From contig OZ220708.1 of NCBI GenBank assembly GCA_965116595.1, positions 2,212,041 through 2,276,040 of the forward strand: 64,000 nt of DNA, read 5' to 3'. Of this stretch, positions 29,860-39,324 are shown piece after piece. The notes beneath the pieces were generated by a model. It made no database searches. It was not told where the DNA came from and was given only the letters and a program-made list of their open reading frames with translations. Position numbers and translations under genes: made by a program. Origin of the DNA: Arenicellales bacterium (GTDB lineage: Bacteria > Pseudomonadota > Gammaproteobacteria > Arenicellales > Poriferihabitantaceae). How positions within the stretch are numbered: the first letter of the stretch is position 1; every line of letters begins with the position of its first letter.

Positions 29860-30780
29860 TCAAACCAGTTGTTTTTGAAATTGCTGCCCGTGGTGTTGCA
29901 GCAGTTCGGAAAATTTGTTCATGTAGCCACGAAGCGCCAGTTCTTCAAGATGTACGTTGTATGTGGTTGAAGGTGTGAACAGGTGGCTGAGGTCGCGAAA
30001 AACCAGTTCCTCGTCATCCCCTGCCAGGGACGATTTTGACTGCGCCATTTGTGCCACGATGGCAATACCCAGATTCAGTCGTACATAGGTCTGGATGATG
30101 TCGGTGTCGCCAGCGCTGAAAGCGATGTCAATCGCGACATTGGCCTCGCTGAATGTTCTTTCAACGATTTTGCGTTCAGCGAAGTCAGGCATGTAGGTAA
30201 TGATCGGGTATTGCGCCAGTTTGGTGAGGTCAATCGCCGTATGTTCCAGCGGATGACCCTGCCGCAGGATCAATACACGATTCCAGGCGTAGCACTTCGT
30301 TTTTGAGAAGTTGGCCGGTACGTCTTCTTCGCTGGAGAAAATGGCGAAGTCAATCTTGCGCTGGCGCAGCATACTCAGGAATTCAGCGGGGCTGCTTTGG
30401 TAAATGCTCATCCGCACTTCGGGATACTCGGTTCTGAACTCGCGGATCACCTGGGGTAAAAAATATCTTGCCTGGGTATGGGTGGTGGCAATCCTGAGGT
30501 TTCCCTTTTCGCTGCTTGTGCGTTCCAGCGCCAGCGCCTTGATATTGCTCCCGGCGAGCAGTGTGCGTTCGACTTCCGGGAGCAGGGTTTCACACAACGG
30601 CGTCAGTTTGATCAGACGTTTACCTCGACGCTCAAACAGTTTACCCCCGAGTTCTTCTTCCAGCAGAATCAACTGATTGCTGATAGCCGACTGAACCCGA
30701 AACAGTTTCTTCGCGGTCAGGGAGAGGTTCAGGTTATTGTCTATCAGTGTAGTGATGATTTTAAGTTGATGAAGAGTCAT
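29860..30780 (-). CDS. CysB/Cbl-like LysR-family transcriptional regulator
   Basis: MTLHQLK...NLNLSLTAKKLFRVQSAISNQL..LEEELG, FERRGKRL, LRIATTHTQARYFLP, YPIITY and DTDIIQTYVRLNLGIAIVAQMA. ATG at 30780. Confidence 0.85.
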   Translation of the reverse strand: MTLHQLKIITTLIDNNLNLSLTAKKLFRVQSAISNQLILLEEELGGKLFERRGKRLIKLTPLCETLLPEVERTLLAGSNIKALALERTSSEKGNLRIATTHTQARYFLPQVIREFRTEYPEVRMSIYQSSPAEFLSMLRQRKIDFAIFSSEEDVPANFSKTKCYAWNRVLILRQGHPLEHTAIDLTKLAQYPIITYMPDFAERKIVERTFSEANVAIDIAFSAGDTDIIQTYVRLNLGIAIVAQMAQSKSSLAGDDEELVFRDLSHLFTPSTTYNVHLEELALRGYMNKFSELLQHHGQQFQKQLV

Positions 30781-30796
30781 GCCGGTATTCCGGATA

Positions 30797-30817
30797 TATA
30801 TCATATAAAAAGATATA
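30797..30817. promoter_or_regulatory. LysR-type T-N11-A dyad (TATATC-N9-GATATA) in the divergent cysB-like/glnK promoter region
   Basis: Perfect 6-bp inverted repeat with ATC-N9-GAT core, directly upstream of the LysR start codon. Confidence 0.5.
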
Positions 30818-30908
30818 CAAATCAGTTTACATCGTTTTGAACGATTAGTCACCCACTGCATAATCTACCACCAAGTTGAACCAGGAGTTGAACCATCGGA
30901 GAAAAAGC

Positions 30909-31247
30909 ATGAAATTGATAATCGCAATTATTCAGCCTGCGAAGCTGAATCGGGTTCAGGAAGCTCTATCCGAAATCGGAATAAAAGGTATGACTGTGAC
31001 CGACGCAGTCGGATTCGGTAACCAGAAAGGGCATACCGAGCAATACCGCGGTACCGAGTACAAGATTAAATTCCTGCCGAAGAAAAAAATCGAAATAGCG
31101 GTGCCGTCTGAAATTTCCGGGAAGATAATCGACTCAATCATGGAGTCTGCGGCTACCGGCAAGATCGGTGATGGCAAGATTTTCACTCAGAATCTTGAGT
31201 CTGCGGTGCGTATCCGTACCAGTGAACAAGACACCGACGCATTGTAA
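30909..31247 (+). CDS. glnK: P-II nitrogen regulatory protein GlnK
   Basis: MKLIIAIIQP, GFGNQKGHTEQYRGTEY (T-loop Tyr51 present), TGKIGDGKIF and VRIRT; directly upstream of amtB. Confidence 0.92.
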   Translation: MKLIIAIIQPAKLNRVQEALSEIGIKGMTVTDAVGFGNQKGHTEQYRGTEYKIKFLPKKKIEIAVPSEISGKIIDSIMESAATGKIGDGKIFTQNLESAVRIRTSEQDTDAL

Positions 31248-31282
31248 TGTGCCGGAAATTTTATTTGTAAGGAGAAGAGAAC

Positions 31283-32560
31283 ATGAAATTACTGAAAGTT
31301 ACAACGCTGCTTATGCTGCTGGGTATGCCGGGTACCGTGCTGGCGCAGGTCGATAGCGGTGATACGGCGTGGCTTCTGACTTCTACGGCGTTGGTCCTGT
31401 TTATGACCATCCCGGGGCTTTCCCTGTTTTATGGCGGCCTGGTCAGGAGCAAGAACGCCCTGTCAGTATTGATGCAATGTTTCACAGTTACCTGCCTGAC
31501 AGCTTTGGTGTGGCTGATTGTCGGTTACAGTCTTTCGTTCAGCGATGGTGGTGAATGGAATCATCTGGTGGGCGGACTTGATCAGTTGTTTCTGCAGGAA
31601 TTGTCGAGAGATTCAGTGTCGGGGACTATTCCTGAAAGCGTATTTGTGATGTTTCAGTTGACCTTCGCCACCATTACCGTGGCTCTGATTGTCGGCAGCT
31701 TTGTTGAACGGATCCGTTTCTCTGCTGTTATGCTGTTTTCCCTGGTCTGGTTGTTACTGGTTTATTTCCCGATCTGCCACATGGTCTGGGGCGGCGGCTG
31801 GATGAGTAATTTTGGAGTGCTGGACTTTGCAGGCGGTACTGCGGTGCATCTGACCGCCGGGGTTGCGGCGCTGGTATGCGCACTGGTTATCAGGAAACGC
31901 CACGGTTTTCCACAGACGCCAATGCCGCCGCATAACCTGGTGATTACCGTAATTGGCGCCAGTATGCTGTGGGTCGGCTGGTTTGGTTTCAATGCTGGCA
32001 GCGCCGTTGCTGCGGGCGCCGATGCGGGGATGGCTATGCTGGTCACTCATATCTGTACTGCGGCTGCATCGCTGACGTGGATAGCGATCGAATATATCAG
32101 GCGTGGTAAGCCCAGTGTTCTTGGTATTGTCACCGGAATGGTTGCCGGGCTTGTAACGATTACGCCGGCTTCCGGTTTTGTTGGACCCATGGGGGCGTTG
32201 GTGATCGGTATCGCAGCTGGTGCTGTTTGCTTTTCGGCAACCCAACTGATCAAGGTGGTTCTTCATATAGACGATTCTCTTGATGTTTTTCCTGTGCACG
32301 GTGTGGGCGGCGCGCTTGGTACTGTACTGACCGGTATATTTGCCGCCGAAGGTCTGGGCGGCGTCGGTATGGACACTTCAATTGGCGAACAAGTAATGAT
32401 TCAGCTGGCCGCTGTTGGATTTGTCGTTGTCTGGGTGATGATCTTTACCTTCATCGCGTTGAAGCTGGTTTCTTTTGTGACTACGCTGCGGGTCGAACAG
32501 GAAGACGAAATCGAAGGGTTGGACATCACCCAGCACGAAGAAATCAGTTATCACCTGTAG
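31283..32560 (+). CDS. amtB: Ammonium transporter AmtB
   Basis: DSGDTAW, FYGGLVRSKN, DFAGGTAVH, LWVGWFGFNAGS, GLVTITPA and DDSLDVFPVHG (both conserved His present). Confidence 0.96.
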   Translation: MKLLKVTTLLMLLGMPGTVLAQVDSGDTAWLLTSTALVLFMTIPGLSLFYGGLVRSKNALSVLMQCFTVTCLTALVWLIVGYSLSFSDGGEWNHLVGGLDQLFLQELSRDSVSGTIPESVFVMFQLTFATITVALIVGSFVERIRFSAVMLFSLVWLLLVYFPICHMVWGGGWMSNFGVLDFAGGTAVHLTAGVAALVCALVIRKRHGFPQTPMPPHNLVITVIGASMLWVGWFGFNAGSAVAAGADAGMAMLVTHICTAAASLTWIAIEYIRRGKPSVLGIVTGMVAGLVTITPASGFVGPMGALVIGIAAGAVCFSATQLIKVVLHIDDSLDVFPVHGVGGALGTVLTGIFAAEGLGGVGMDTSIGEQVMIQLAAVGFVVVWVMIFTFIALKLVSFVTTLRVEQEDEIEGLDITQHEEISYHL

Positions 32561-32731
32561 GCGCGCCTCTCCGTACCATCTCCGCCGGTTTTATCCACAA
32601 CGTTGACCGGACAGGCGCGGGGGACGGCGTTCGATATATGGGGGCCGCAGTTATGATGCGTAGGGGCGACCCTCTGTGGTTGCCCGCGATATATGGGGGC
32701 CCCGCCCCCCCGATCAAGCCGGGGGCAGGCT
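32557..32731. repeat. Composite intergenic repeat cluster: GTAG-type REP-like palindrome, 15-bp direct repeats and a CCCCCGATCAAG-type hairpin
   Basis: GTAGGGGCGACCCTCTGTGGTTGCCCG (32660-32686) matches 59230-59256 at 26/27 positions. CGATATATGGGGGCC occurs at 32632 and 32687. CCCCCGATCAAGCCGGGGGCAGGCT is at 32707-32731. Confidence 0.7.
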
Positions 32732-32760
32732 CTGCGATGATGGTTGGGGCGGATTCCGAT

Positions 32761-35073
32761 TCAGTTTCGTAGCGTTTTGCCGAAATCCAGCATATTGCCA
32801 ATTCTTGCCCGCGTGCTGTCAGTACTCACCAGTGTCAGAAATGAGCGCCGCTCCGCGTCCAGCAAATCCTGTTCGGACCAGGTTGTACCCGCTTCAATTT
32901 CCCCGCCTGATACGATTCGGGCAATTTCCGTTCCAACCACAACATCATGCGGCGTCAACAAGCCATCTTCCCTGGATTTCTCAAGCCATTTCACCATTTC
33001 TACAAAAACAGGCAAACCGGGCATGGCCAGATGCGGACGCGTGAACGGTTGCTGACCTTCTCCGGAATCAAGCGCCCGGACCGCGGCATCGTATATCCGG
33101 TCACGGTTCATTTCGTATCGATCATTATTCCTGACCATCGCCAGGCCAATCGCCAGCAGTGGTGATGTCGCAGTTCTCCCGTATCCGGTATTCATGAATG
33201 ACTTCCAGCTTGCTGCCGAGATATCCTCGCTGCATCCGAGTTTATCAATCCAGCGATACAGCATTTCCTTGCATCCTCCGCCGGAGGGAACGACTCCGAC
33301 CAGGGATTCGACCAGTCCCATCACCGAATTGGCATGTGCGATAACCTGTTTTGCATGAAGGACTACCTCGAATCCTCCACCCAGCGAAAGACCCACTGGC
33401 GCCGCTACAACCGGAAATCCGGCCCGACTCATCGCCCCGACAGTCTGCTGGAAGTGATCCAGAAACCGGTCCAGTCCATCAAGATCATCCCGTTCATAAT
33501 ATTTTCTGACTGCACCCAGGTTCACGCCACAGGAAAAATGCTGGGCATCATTATGAACAATCAGTCCCTTCAGTCCCCTGATCGGAACCTGTTCGATCGC
33601 ATCCTCCAGAATAGCCATCGAATCGGCATCCAGCGCATTCGCTTTGCTGTGAAATTCGACCAGTGCGGCATCGTCAGTAATATACCAACTCGCCATTTCG
33701 TTGGAATTATTCGCAGACAGCGTTCGTTTTTTCTCGTTGAACCGTACGACACCCTGAGGTCTTGAAATAGCCTGCCATTGGCCGTTGCCGGTTCTTGCGC
33801 AAAGTTCCCGATTTATCACCTGATAAAACCCCGACCCTTTTGCCTTGTACAGAAATGCGGGGACATCGCGCTTTTCCGAGACAAGCCGATCAATCATATA
33901 GTCCACACCAATCCCGTCCATTATTTCAAATGGTCCTGATATCCAGTTGTAGCCCAGTTTCATCGCATCATCAATGCCGACCGGATCATCGCCCACTTCA
34001 GGAATCAGGGAGGCTGCATAACACAGTGTTTTTGACAATACCCTCCAGGCAAATTCCCCATAAACCGAGTCGTCTTCAAGCAGATGCCTGATCCCGTTTT
34101 TCTCTGAATCCGGGGCAATTGAAAGGTTCAATCTTTCAAACTTTTGATATTCCCCGGTTGCCAGGTTGAGCACAAACCGGTCAGTCGAATGCGCTGAATG
34201 TCGATAAAACCCTTTCCCCTGCTTGTTGCCGGTTTGCCCGTTTTCGATCATTGTTGTCATCAACGGGATTTCATCCGCTTCAAGGTGAAAGGCATCGTCC
34301 GCAGGCAGGATATTGCTCATGCTTGTTACCACATCCGCCATCAGGTCGATCCCGATCAGATCATAGAGGCCGAATACACCGGTCTTTGGAATGCCCATCG
34401 GTCGTCCGAAAACAGCATCCGCCTGAGTTGGCGTCAAGCCGAGTTCGAATGCCGAATGCAGGGCGCACTGAATCGCATATACCCCGACCCGGTTACCCAG
34501 AAAACCGGGAGTATCAAGGCATCGAACCACGCCTTTGCCCAGTTGCCGTTCGCAAAATGTGTCCAAACGGTCGATAACTTCAGGCGCGGTGGAGTCACCC
34601 CGAACCAGTTCCAGCAGACGCATGAATCGAACCGGGTTGAAGAAATGGGTAATGGCGAACCGTTTGCGAAAGGATTCCGGCATTTCCCCGACCAGTAATC
34701 TGATCGGTATGGTGGAAGTATTTGAGGTAATGATCGCCTGGCGGCTGCAGGTTTGATCGAGGCGTTTGTACAGATCTCTTTTGACGTCCAGACGCTCAAC
34801 TACAGCTTCTGCAATCCAGTCACAATCAACCAGTCTGTCAAAGTCATCCCTGGTATTGCCCAGGGTTATCAGTTGCCCCGCCTTTTTGTTCATCAACCCC
34901 GGTTGATCCGGGTCCAACAGCCGTTGATAACCCCGCTCGGCCGGGGCATTTACATTGTCGGCGTCACCGGGCAAATCCAGCAGCAAAACCTCTATACCTG
35001 CATTGGCCACCTGGCCTGCTATACCTGCACCCATAGTGCCCGCGCCTATTACTGCCACTTTTTTGAAACTCAT
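32761..35073 (-). CDS. 3-hydroxyacyl-CoA dehydrogenase / enoyl-CoA hydratase fusion (FadN-type order)
   Basis: KVAVIGAGTMGAGIA, EAVVERL, SNTSTIP, THFFNPVR and DTPGFLGNR, then crotonase motifs EFHSKANA, FSCGVNL, LGGGFE and GLVESLVGVVPSGGG. ATG at 35073. Confidence 0.9.
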   Translation of the reverse strand: MSFKKVAVIGAGTMGAGIAGQVANAGIEVLLLDLPGDADNVNAPAERGYQRLLDPDQPGLMNKKAGQLITLGNTRDDFDRLVDCDWIAEAVVERLDVKRDLYKRLDQTCSRQAIITSNTSTIPIRLLVGEMPESFRKRFAITHFFNPVRFMRLLELVRGDSTAPEVIDRLDTFCERQLGKGVVRCLDTPGFLGNRVGVYAIQCALHSAFELGLTPTQADAVFGRPMGIPKTGVFGLYDLIGIDLMADVVTSMSNILPADDAFHLEADEIPLMTTMIENGQTGNKQGKGFYRHSAHSTDRFVLNLATGEYQKFERLNLSIAPDSEKNGIRHLLEDDSVYGEFAWRVLSKTLCYAASLIPEVGDDPVGIDDAMKLGYNWISGPFEIMDGIGVDYMIDRLVSEKRDVPAFLYKAKGSGFYQVINRELCARTGNGQWQAISRPQGVVRFNEKKRTLSANNSNEMASWYITDDAALVEFHSKANALDADSMAILEDAIEQVPIRGLKGLIVHNDAQHFSCGVNLGAVRKYYERDDLDGLDRFLDHFQQTVGAMSRAGFPVVAAPVGLSLGGGFEVVLHAKQVIAHANSVMGLVESLVGVVPSGGGCKEMLYRWIDKLGCSEDISAASWKSFMNTGYGRTATSPLLAIGLAMVRNNDRYEMNRDRIYDAAVRALDSGEGQQPFTRPHLAMPGLPVFVEMVKWLEKSREDGLLTPHDVVVGTEIARIVSGGEIEAGTTWSEQDLLDAERRSFLTLVSTDSTRARIGNMLDFGKTLRN

Positions 35074-35164
35074 CAGCCTGTTCCTGGTCTCCCGGTTTTT
35101 TATCCATTGTACAAAAATACAGAACAGGTTTGAATCAAGACTCCAGTGCAGCGATAATCCAGTC

Positions 35165-36685
35165 ATGATCAGTATTGAGCGCCTTTCGAAGCATTTTGGT
35201 GGACTGAAGGCAGTTGACGACGTCTCAATCAACATCTCGAAGGGCTCCATTACCGGTTTGATCGGTCCCAATGGAGCGGGCAAAACCACGTTGTTCAATA
35301 CCGTCGCAGGGTTGCATGCACCCACTGACGGAAGGGTGCTGCTGGACGGTGAGGATATCACCGGCCTGAAACCCCATCGGCTTTTTGCAAAAGGACTGCT
35401 GCGAACCTTCCAGATTGCACACGAGTATTCCCGGATGTCTGTGACCGAGAATCTGATGATGGTCCCGCCGGGACAATCCGGCGAAAGCCTGATTCACGCG
35501 TGGTTCCATCCCGGCAGGGTTGCACGGGAAGAAGATGCGATCTATCAGAAGGCCCGGGAGGTGATCGATTTTCTGAATCTGGGGACGGTCGCTGATGAAC
35601 TGGCAGGCAATCTCTCCGGCGGCCAGAAAAAGCTGCTGGAACTTGGCCGTACCATGATGGTGGATGCCAGGATCGTTTTCCTTGACGAAGTCGGCGCAGG
35701 GGTCAACCGAACCCTGTTGCGTGATATTGGTGATGCCATCATCAAGCTCAATCGGGAGAAGGGCTATACTTTCTGCATGATCGAGCACGACATGGATTTT
35801 ATCCGCCGCCTGTGCGACCCGGTGATCTGTATGGCGGAAGGCGCGGTACTGGCCGAGGGTACTGCCGAAGAAGTGCAGAACAACGAGGAAGTGATCGAAG
35901 CCTATCTTGGGCGTGGTCTCAAAAACAAGTCCGTGTCCGCAGCCTCGCCAGGCCGAAACAGCTCAAAATCGGGCGAGACGGAATGTGCGTTGATCGGTGA
36001 GAAAATGGTCGGCGGCTACCACGGCAGTGATATTCTGAAAGGCTGTACGGTGGATGTTGCCGAGGGAGAAATTGCGGTCATTGTCGGCCCCAATGGGGCT
36101 GGCAAATCAACCGCGATGAAAGCGCTGCTGGGCATGTTGAAATTGAAAGCCGGCAGAGTCCGGCTGAATTCGGATGAGATATCGCACCTGTCGGTTCAGG
36201 ATCGAATCGCGAGAGGCATTGCCTTTGCACCGCAGAACAGCAATGTTTTTCTCTCGATGAGTGTGCAGGAGAATCTTGAGATGGGGGCGTTTTTAAATGC
36301 GGATGATACGGGTGAGACCCGGCATCAGATTTGTCGGCTGTTTCCGATTCTTGAGGAGAAAAAGGATCAGTTGGCGGGTGAACTGTCAGGCGGACAACGC
36401 CAGCAGGTTGCGGTTGGGCGCGCACTGATGTCCCGGCCTTCGGTATTGATGCTTGATGAGCCCACAGCGGGGGTTTCGCCGATAGTGATGGATGAACTGT
36501 TCGACCGTATTCTGGAAATCAGGAACACCGGCGTCTCGATCCTGATGGTTGAACAGAATGCCCGGCAGGCCCTGGGTATCGCTGATACCGGTTTTGTACT
36601 GGTTGTAGGCGAGAATCGTTATACCGACACAGGCCAGGCATTGCTGGCGGACCCCGAAGTACGCAGATCATTTCTGGGGGGATAG
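35165..36685 (+). CDS. Fused LivG-LivF double-domain ABC ATP-binding protein
   Basis: Two complete NBDs in one frame: GPNGAGKTT/LSGGQKK/IEHDM/EAYLG, a linker, then GPNGAGKST/LSGGQRQ/VEQNA/FLGG. ATG at 35165. Confidence 0.88.
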   Translation: MISIERLSKHFGGLKAVDDVSINISKGSITGLIGPNGAGKTTLFNTVAGLHAPTDGRVLLDGEDITGLKPHRLFAKGLLRTFQIAHEYSRMSVTENLMMVPPGQSGESLIHAWFHPGRVAREEDAIYQKAREVIDFLNLGTVADELAGNLSGGQKKLLELGRTMMVDARIVFLDEVGAGVNRTLLRDIGDAIIKLNREKGYTFCMIEHDMDFIRRLCDPVICMAEGAVLAEGTAEEVQNNEEVIEAYLGRGLKNKSVSAASPGRNSSKSGETECALIGEKMVGGYHGSDILKGCTVDVAEGEIAVIVGPNGAGKSTAMKALLGMLKLKAGRVRLNSDEISHLSVQDRIARGIAFAPQNSNVFLSMSVQENLEMGAFLNADDTGETRHQICRLFPILEEKKDQLAGELSGGQRQQVAVGRALMSRPSVLMLDEPTAGVSPIVMDELFDRILEIRNTGVSILMVEQNARQALGIADTGFVLVVGENRYTDTGQALLADPEVRRSFLGG

Positions 36686-37708
36686 ATGCAAGCAATTATC
36701 GACGCGCTCAACGCGATTGTATTACTGTTGAATTTTGTCATCGTGCCGGGGCTGGCCTACGGTTCACAGCTTGCGCTCGGCGCGCTTGGAATCACGCTGG
36801 TGTTCGGTATTTTGCGATTTGCCAATTTCGCCCACGGCGACATCATGGCCTTCGGTACCATGATCACCATCCTGATGACCTGGTGGTTACAGTCAATCGG
36901 GGTCAGCCTGGGTCCGTTACCGACTGCATTGCTCGCACTGCCAGTCGGAATCCTGGCAACGATTGTGATGGTGACCGTGACCGATAAACTGGTTTACCGC
37001 CACTTTCGCCGTCAAAATGCCAGACCAGTGACGCTGATGATCGCTTCAATTGGCGTGATGTTGATGATGAACGGTATCGTACGATTTGTGATCGGCCCGA
37101 ATGACCGGATTTTTCTGGATGGTGAACGTTTCATTATCAGCGCCCGCGAATTCAAAGTGATGACCGGGTTGAATGAGGGATTGAGTATCAAGGTTTCCCA
37201 GGGGTTGACTGTAGTCATCGCTCTGATCTGCGTTTTCGCGCTTTTCTGGCTGTTGCAGAAAACCCGTACCGGCAAGTCGATGCGAGCTTATTCGGACAAT
37301 GAAGACCTTGCCCTGTTGTCCGGTGTCAATCCGGACAGGGTGGTGCAGGTTACCTGGATACTCGCTGCCATCCTGGCAACCATAGCCGGTACACTTTACG
37401 GCCTCGACAAGAGCTTCAAGCCGTTTACCTACCTGCAACTGTTGTTACCCATGTTCGCCGCCGCCATCGTCGGTGGTATCGGCAACCCGATTGGCGCGAT
37501 TGTTGGCGGTTATGTAATTGCGTTTTCCGAGGTGATCGTCACCTACGCATACAAGAAGGTTTTTATCTATCTGCTGCCGCAAAGCCTTGAGCCGCAGGGA
37601 TTGATGCAATTGCTGTCTACCGATTACAAATTTGCGGTATCGTTCATGATTCTCGTGCTGGTGTTACTGATCAAGCCGACCGGCATTTTTAAAGGCAAGG
37701 TACTGTGA
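36686..37708 (+). CDS. HAAT ABC transporter permease (LivH-like)
   Basis: LGITLVFGILRFANFAHG, TRTGKSMRAYSDN and FAAAIVGGIG. Confidence 0.9.
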   Translation: MQAIIDALNAIVLLLNFVIVPGLAYGSQLALGALGITLVFGILRFANFAHGDIMAFGTMITILMTWWLQSIGVSLGPLPTALLALPVGILATIVMVTVTDKLVYRHFRRQNARPVTLMIASIGVMLMMNGIVRFVIGPNDRIFLDGERFIISAREFKVMTGLNEGLSIKVSQGLTVVIALICVFALFWLLQKTRTGKSMRAYSDNEDLALLSGVNPDRVVQVTWILAAILATIAGTLYGLDKSFKPFTYLQLLLPMFAAAIVGGIGNPIGAIVGGYVIAFSEVIVTYAYKKVFIYLLPQSLEPQGLMQLLSTDYKFAVSFMILVLVLLIKPTGIFKGKVL

Positions 37709-37721
37709 AAGGCAGGCCTGG

Positions 37722-39104
37722 ATGACCAATACACAAAAAGCCTGCTGGTCATTTGCCGTCATCGGCGTTTTGTTCCTGATTATCGGCTTTGTTCAATCCT
37801 GGTCGGTTTCGCTCGGCATCTTGAACCTGTGCCTGATTTCCGCAGTGATGGCGCTTGGTGTCAATATGCAATGGGGTTATGCGGGGTTGTTGAATGTTGG
37901 CGTCATGGGTTTTGCCGCATTGGGCGGCGTCAGTGTGGTTCTGGTATCCCGCGCACCCGTGGTGGCCGCCTGGCAGGCGGGATCGGATAACCTGCTGCTG
38001 GCGCTGATTTGCTTCGTGATTACCATCGTGTTGGCGAGATGGCTGTACAAACGATGGCCTCGTGGCCCCAGACGTGCTTCAGCTATGGCGGCGGTCATCA
38101 TTACCGGTCTGTTCATGACCCGTTATTTTCTGGACCCGGCGGTGACTTCAATTGAAGCGGTCGAGTCGGCAAAAACGGGATTTCTGGGTGGCATCGGATT
38201 GCCGGTACTGTTTTCCTGGGTGATCGGCGGGCTGTTCGCCGCAGGCGCAGCCTGGTTGATTGGCAAGGTCGCCCTCGGACTGCGCGCAGACTACTTTGCC
38301 ATTGCCACCCTGGGGATTTCAGAAATTATCATTGCGATCCTGAAAAATGAGGACTGGCTGACACGGGGCGTAAAAAACGTCACAGGTTTGCCGCGCCCCG
38401 TTCCCTATGAAATCGAGTTACAAAACAGTGCCTGGTTTGTCGATTTCATTGCCCGCTGGAACGCGACCGGATTATCTTCATTAAATGAGACAGATCGTAT
38501 CGTTGCGTTGAAGCAACTGGTCATCGCCGGCTCGAGCATTTTTGTAAAACTCTGTTATGCCGGATTGTTTGCGTCGGTACTGATCATCATTTTATTACTC
38601 AGTGTACGGGCATTGAATTCGCCCTGGGGCCGTATGATGCGCGCTATTCGTGATAATGAAACTGCGGCGGGCGCGATGGGAAAGGACGTGACCCGATGTC
38701 ATCTTCAGATATTTGTAATTGGTTCGGCCGTAATTGGCATTGCCGGCGCCATGCTGACAACCCTGGATGGCCAGTTCACACCCACCACATACAATCCTCT
38801 GCGCTATACTTTTCTGATCTGGGTAATGGTCATTGTAGGTGGCTCGGGCAATAACATGGGGTCGGTACTCGGCGGTTTCCTGATCTGGCTGGTATGGATA
38901 GAAGCAGAGCCGGTGGGTGTCTGGTTAATGGAGTCGGCAACCGGATGGATGGAGGATGGCAACCCGGTCAGGGATCATCTGATCGCAAATGCGCAACATA
39001 TGCGCCTGTTTTTTATGGGATTTGTGTTGTTGCTGGTCTTGCGATACAGCCCGGGAGGGTTGTTGCCGGAACGGGTCCGGAAAAAATCTAATTCCCCCAC
39101 CTGA
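37722..39104 (+). CDS. HAAT ABC transporter permease (LivM-like)
   Basis: NMQWGYAGLLNVG, LRADYFAIATLG, SPWGRMMRAIRDNE and MVIVGGSGNN. Confidence 0.9.
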   Translation: MTNTQKACWSFAVIGVLFLIIGFVQSWSVSLGILNLCLISAVMALGVNMQWGYAGLLNVGVMGFAALGGVSVVLVSRAPVVAAWQAGSDNLLLALICFVITIVLARWLYKRWPRGPRRASAMAAVIITGLFMTRYFLDPAVTSIEAVESAKTGFLGGIGLPVLFSWVIGGLFAAGAAWLIGKVALGLRADYFAIATLGISEIIIAILKNEDWLTRGVKNVTGLPRPVPYEIELQNSAWFVDFIARWNATGLSSLNETDRIVALKQLVIAGSSIFVKLCYAGLFASVLIIILLLSVRALNSPWGRMMRAIRDNETAAGAMGKDVTRCHLQIFVIGSAVIGIAGAMLTTLDGQFTPTTYNPLRYTFLIWVMVIVGGSGNNMGSVLGGFLIWLVWIEAEPVGVWLMESATGWMEDGNPVRDHLIANAQHMRLFFMGFVLLLVLRYSPGGLLPERVRKKSNSPT

Positions 39105-39164
39105 TCCGGCCCGAATTCAGGGGAAATCAGGCATGCAAGTGATCATGACGAGGGGCGCCGGTTG

Positions 39165-39210
39165 TGGATACCCGCTCCCTGACAGGGGCCGGAGACAAGC
39201 TTCGCGGGAA
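39165..39210. repeat. Degenerate TGGATTCCCGC/GCGGGAATGAC-type palindromic element with internal insert
   Basis: TGGATACCCGCT-[25 nt]-TCGCGGGAA resembles the reverse complement of 49004-49029. Confidence 0.5.
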
Positions 39211-39324
39211 AGGCGGCAGGTTGGTTCGCGTTATCAGTTGGGTTATACTCGATGGCTTCGGATTATTCCGGTCCAAGTGACCTGTTCTTCGGAATTATCA
39301 ACACTTTGCCTAGTAGGAGGCACG

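Noticed and set aside
32591-32599. Perfect DnaA box TTATCCACA
   Set aside because: It is a single box inside a GC-rich repeat cluster. There is no box array, AT-rich unwinding element or oriC-type gene context.
34955-35361. Apparent head-to-head overlap of the FadN-like and fused ATPase ORFs
   Set aside because: This is an artefact of longest-ORF calling. Motif-based starts at 35073 (-) and 35165 (+) leave a normal 91-bp divergent gap.
38989-39324. N-terminal extension of the binding-protein ORF (similar extensions at 12918-13148, 42545-42682, 45865-46065, 50584-50709)
   Set aside because: Downstream starts fit the RBS, signal peptide or family N-terminus better, and the extensions overlap neighbouring genes or repeats.
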